Position numbers and translations under genes: made by a program. A stretch of 64,000 nt of DNA from Macrostomum lignano. Its lineage: Eukaryota. The stretch is taken from positions 68,909-132,908 of the forward strand of contig NIVC01002219.1 in NCBI GenBank assembly GCA_002269645.1, given 5' to 3'. The notes below the pieces were generated by a model that saw nothing but the letters and a program-made list of their open reading frames with translations, searched no databases and was not told the origin of the DNA. Below, piece by piece: positions 61,347-64,000 of this stretch (positions within the stretch are counted from its first letter, which is position 1; every line of letters starts with the position of its first letter).

Positions 61347-63264
61347 ATGCAATTTCTGGAAGCAGTGCTGCTTGCCTCAGAGGCTGAAGGCTTTGTCCAG
61401 AGCCTCCAGTCGCTAGAGCTGACTCGTATAGGCGATCCCCAATGGCAGAGGCAGCATCAGTACATTGAAAAGCTTAATATGCAGGCTGTCCTGTCAGTTG
61501 CTAAGCAGCAAGATGAGTTCGTGCCCGAATTCGTGGTCAATCACGGCAAATTGGAGACACTGATGCACGACCTGCTTGTAACTGAAGTTTGGAAAGAGAA
61601 AATATTTCCATTGATGATTTCTAATAGCGACTTCAAGCCGCAGGTGACCTTTCCTATCTATCTGGTGCTCTATCATGAAGCTACAGTGCTAAATTTGTTG
61701 GAGACGCTGAGCTTTCATTCGGATGTTGTTGAGAGTCTTGGCGAAGTTGCTTTAGACTTAATTGATTATTGTCACAGGAAGCTGGTTAAACTGACACAGT
61801 CAGGCAGCATGCTGGAAGATGGGCTGCTGTCAGTTAGAAGTAAAACTAACAGCGGTCTGTCAGGTGAAAATGAGACCGGAGACTCCGCCAGGTCGAGTCT
61901 CTCTGAGCTTGAGCAGCAGAGACGCAGTCTAGAATTTGAATTGGCATTGAAATGTGTCACAGTGTCCAGCAACTTGCTGACTAACTCCAAGTCTTTGTCT
62001 TTGTCAGCTCTGACTCGGGCACTGAATGTGCACGACTATCCACTGCTGTTTGCCAGTCTGATCGAATTGCGTCCTTGGAAACTGCGGCATCCGTCTACTG
62101 GGCAGTGCTATCAGTACGTTGACAATGGTTGGCAGACTGTTGACCAGGCGGAATTCAACAGTGGAATTGTCAAATTAGAAGGCTGCGTTTGGTTAGCCCT
62201 GTACGAGATGCTTACTAACTCAGAGTGTCAGCGTAAATATGAGATGACTAACTATCGAAAGAATTTCTTATTGAAGCTTCGTTCGCATCTGCACGAGACT
62301 GTGCTGGATCAGTTGTCCTTTCTAGTGCCGCTAAGGCAAGGCTTGGAGCATATGGCTCTGTTGGAGCCCGCGCCTTATAAGAAAGAATTGTTGCTGGAAC
62401 AGCTGCCTGAAGTCAGGGCTGCTATTCTTGACAAGTATCAAGGTTAGTGCATCTGGTTTCATCTACTCATTTCCAGAGCACATTTGATTGCAAGTAAAAA
62501 GTGTCGGCATTTCTGCCGGAATAAATAATGTAACTCCGGTAATAAATTAGAAATGGGAAAAATCGCCTTCAATTCCCTAACATAAATGGTGAAAATCGCC
62601 TTTAACTCCCCACAAAAAATAGAAAAAACGCCCTCGATTCCCGCCAAAAATTGGAAAAATCGCCTTTAATTCCCCACCAAAAATGAAAAAAATCGCCTTC
62701 AATTCCCAAAAAAATGAAAAAATCGCCCTCAATTCCCCACAAAAATGGGAAAAATCGCCTTCAATTCCCCACTAAAAATGGGAAAAATCGCCTTCCATTC
62801 CCACCAAAAATGGGAAAATCGCCTTCAATTCCCCACCAAAAATGGGAAAAATCGCCTTCAATTCCCCACAAAAAATGGGAAAATCGCCTTCAATTCCCAA
62901 CCAAAAATGGGAAAAATCGCTTTCAATTCCCCAACCCCCAGGCAAATGGTCCGACATCGCCCGCATCCAGATGGGCACAGTGTTCAACATCAGTGCGGCA
63001 GATTTCAAATCCCAAGCCGCCCTCTGGTCGGACACTTATAATCTGGATGTACTTGAAGCCATGCTGGCTGAGCCGCCAAAATGCGCCGCCTGCGGCGCCC
63101 CAGCTGTTAAACGCTGCTCGCGTTGTCAGAACGAATGGTACTGCCGAAGAGAGTGCCAAGTGGGACACTGGACTAAGCATAAGCCGGCGTGCGACTTGAT
63201 GGTGGTGGTTCCTCAGAATAAACCCAACGCTGGAGCCATCGTTGAGGAAGTTAAATCTGATTAA
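61347..63264 (+). CDS. ZMYND10: Zinc finger MYND domain-containing protein 10 (BLU; dynein-arm assembly factor), 472 aa
   Basis: Exons 61347-62442 and 62942-63264 (phase 1, GT-AG); EAEGFVQSL...QHQYIEKLNMQA...FKPQVTFPIYLVLYHEA...LDLIDYCHRKL; C-terminal MYND CAACGAPAVKRCSRCQNEWYCRRECQVGHWTKHKPAC. Confidence 0.96.
62550..62935. repeat. About 32-bp degenerate minisatellite in the ZMYND10 intron
   Basis: AAAAATGGGAAAAATCGCCTTCAATTCCCCACC-like unit running up to the acceptor. Confidence 0.9.
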
Positions 63265-63614
63265 CGCCGGTTTTTAACTACTGACTTTTTAATTGCTTAA
63301 TTTTCATTCGCCCTACTTATTGTTCAATAGTTTACACGCGTTTGCCTATAATAATCCGTCCTGTTTTTTGTTTTCTTTACTTTCCTATCATTCCATTTTA
63401 GCTGTGAAGTTTTTTAAAGCAAAAAAGTACTTTTCAATACGTGTTCTATTAATTATGTCACTGAAGTTTATACGAACATTATTAAAAGTTCTAGTTAAAT
63501 ATTTGTTGAAAAAACAAGCAAGCTTTTCGCTGTTCTGTAATTTTGTGAATGCTTACTTCTTAGCCATGTAACTTCGTTCCTAAATAGAAATAAAACGTGT
63601 GATTTAACCAATCC

Positions 63615-64000
63615 TCAGAATCGCCCCCACCAGGCATCAATGCATCAATAAGAATCGCCCCCACCAGCCATCAATAAGAATCGCCCCTCAGCCATCCATG
63701 AGAATCGCCCCTCAGGCATCAATAAGAATCGCCCCTCAGCCATCAATAAGAATCGCCCCTGAGCCATCCATGAGAATCGCCCCTCAGGCATCCATAAGAA
63801 TCGCCCCTCAGCCATCAATAAGAATCGCCCTCAGGCATCCAAAAGAATCGCCCCTCAGCCATCAATAAGAATCGCCCCTCAGCCATCAATAAGAATCGCC
63901 CCTCAGCCATCAATAAGAATCGCCCCTCAGCCAATAAGAATCGCCCCTCAGCCATCAATAAGAATCGCCCCTCAGCCAATAAGAATCGCCCCTCAGCCAT
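63615..64000. repeat. About 24-bp minisatellite running off the window end
   Basis: AAGAATCGCCCCTCAGCCATCAAT unit. Confidence 0.95.

Noticed and set aside
62714-63199. KNGKNRLQFP-repeat ORFs overlapping ZMYND10
   Set aside because: Intronic minisatellite frames; the true exon begins at the AG ending 62941.

Overview
Eukaryotic (invertebrate) genomic DNA with GT-AG introns and many minisatellites. A free-living flatworm such as Macrostomum is my guess from style only. (1) 1-10146 is a young Ty3/Gypsy LTR retrotransposon with an unusual layout. Gag is fused in frame to an envelope-like glycoprotein that resembles class III fusogens (herpes gB / chuvirus G) and lies BETWEEN gag and pol. Next come a clustered YPxI/PTAP/PPxY late-domain segment, an intact PR-RT-RH-IN pol, and a 113-aa myristoylation-motif double-RING ORF. 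The element sits inside the last exon of a host glycine-rich gene. (2) 10.1-35.7 kb is a tandem, same-strand, birth-and-death cluster of two families of predicted secreted PAN/apple proteins: PAN + ALK/LTK-type glycine-rich domain without TM or kinase (2 intact, 2 broken), and PAN + variable Thr/Ser linker + chitin-binding-like domain (3 intact, 1 pseudogene, 2 fragments). (3) 39.6-45.8 kb is an HR96/NR1J nuclear receptor on the minus strand, with a different minisatellite in each intron. (4) About 50.8-61.2 kb is a CpG-depleted transposon graveyard (hAT, mariner, Helitron remnants). (5) 61.3-63.3 kb is a two-exon ZMYND10. Exon coordinates were derived by hand from splice signals and frame continuity. 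Family assignments come from motif recognition, not database searches.
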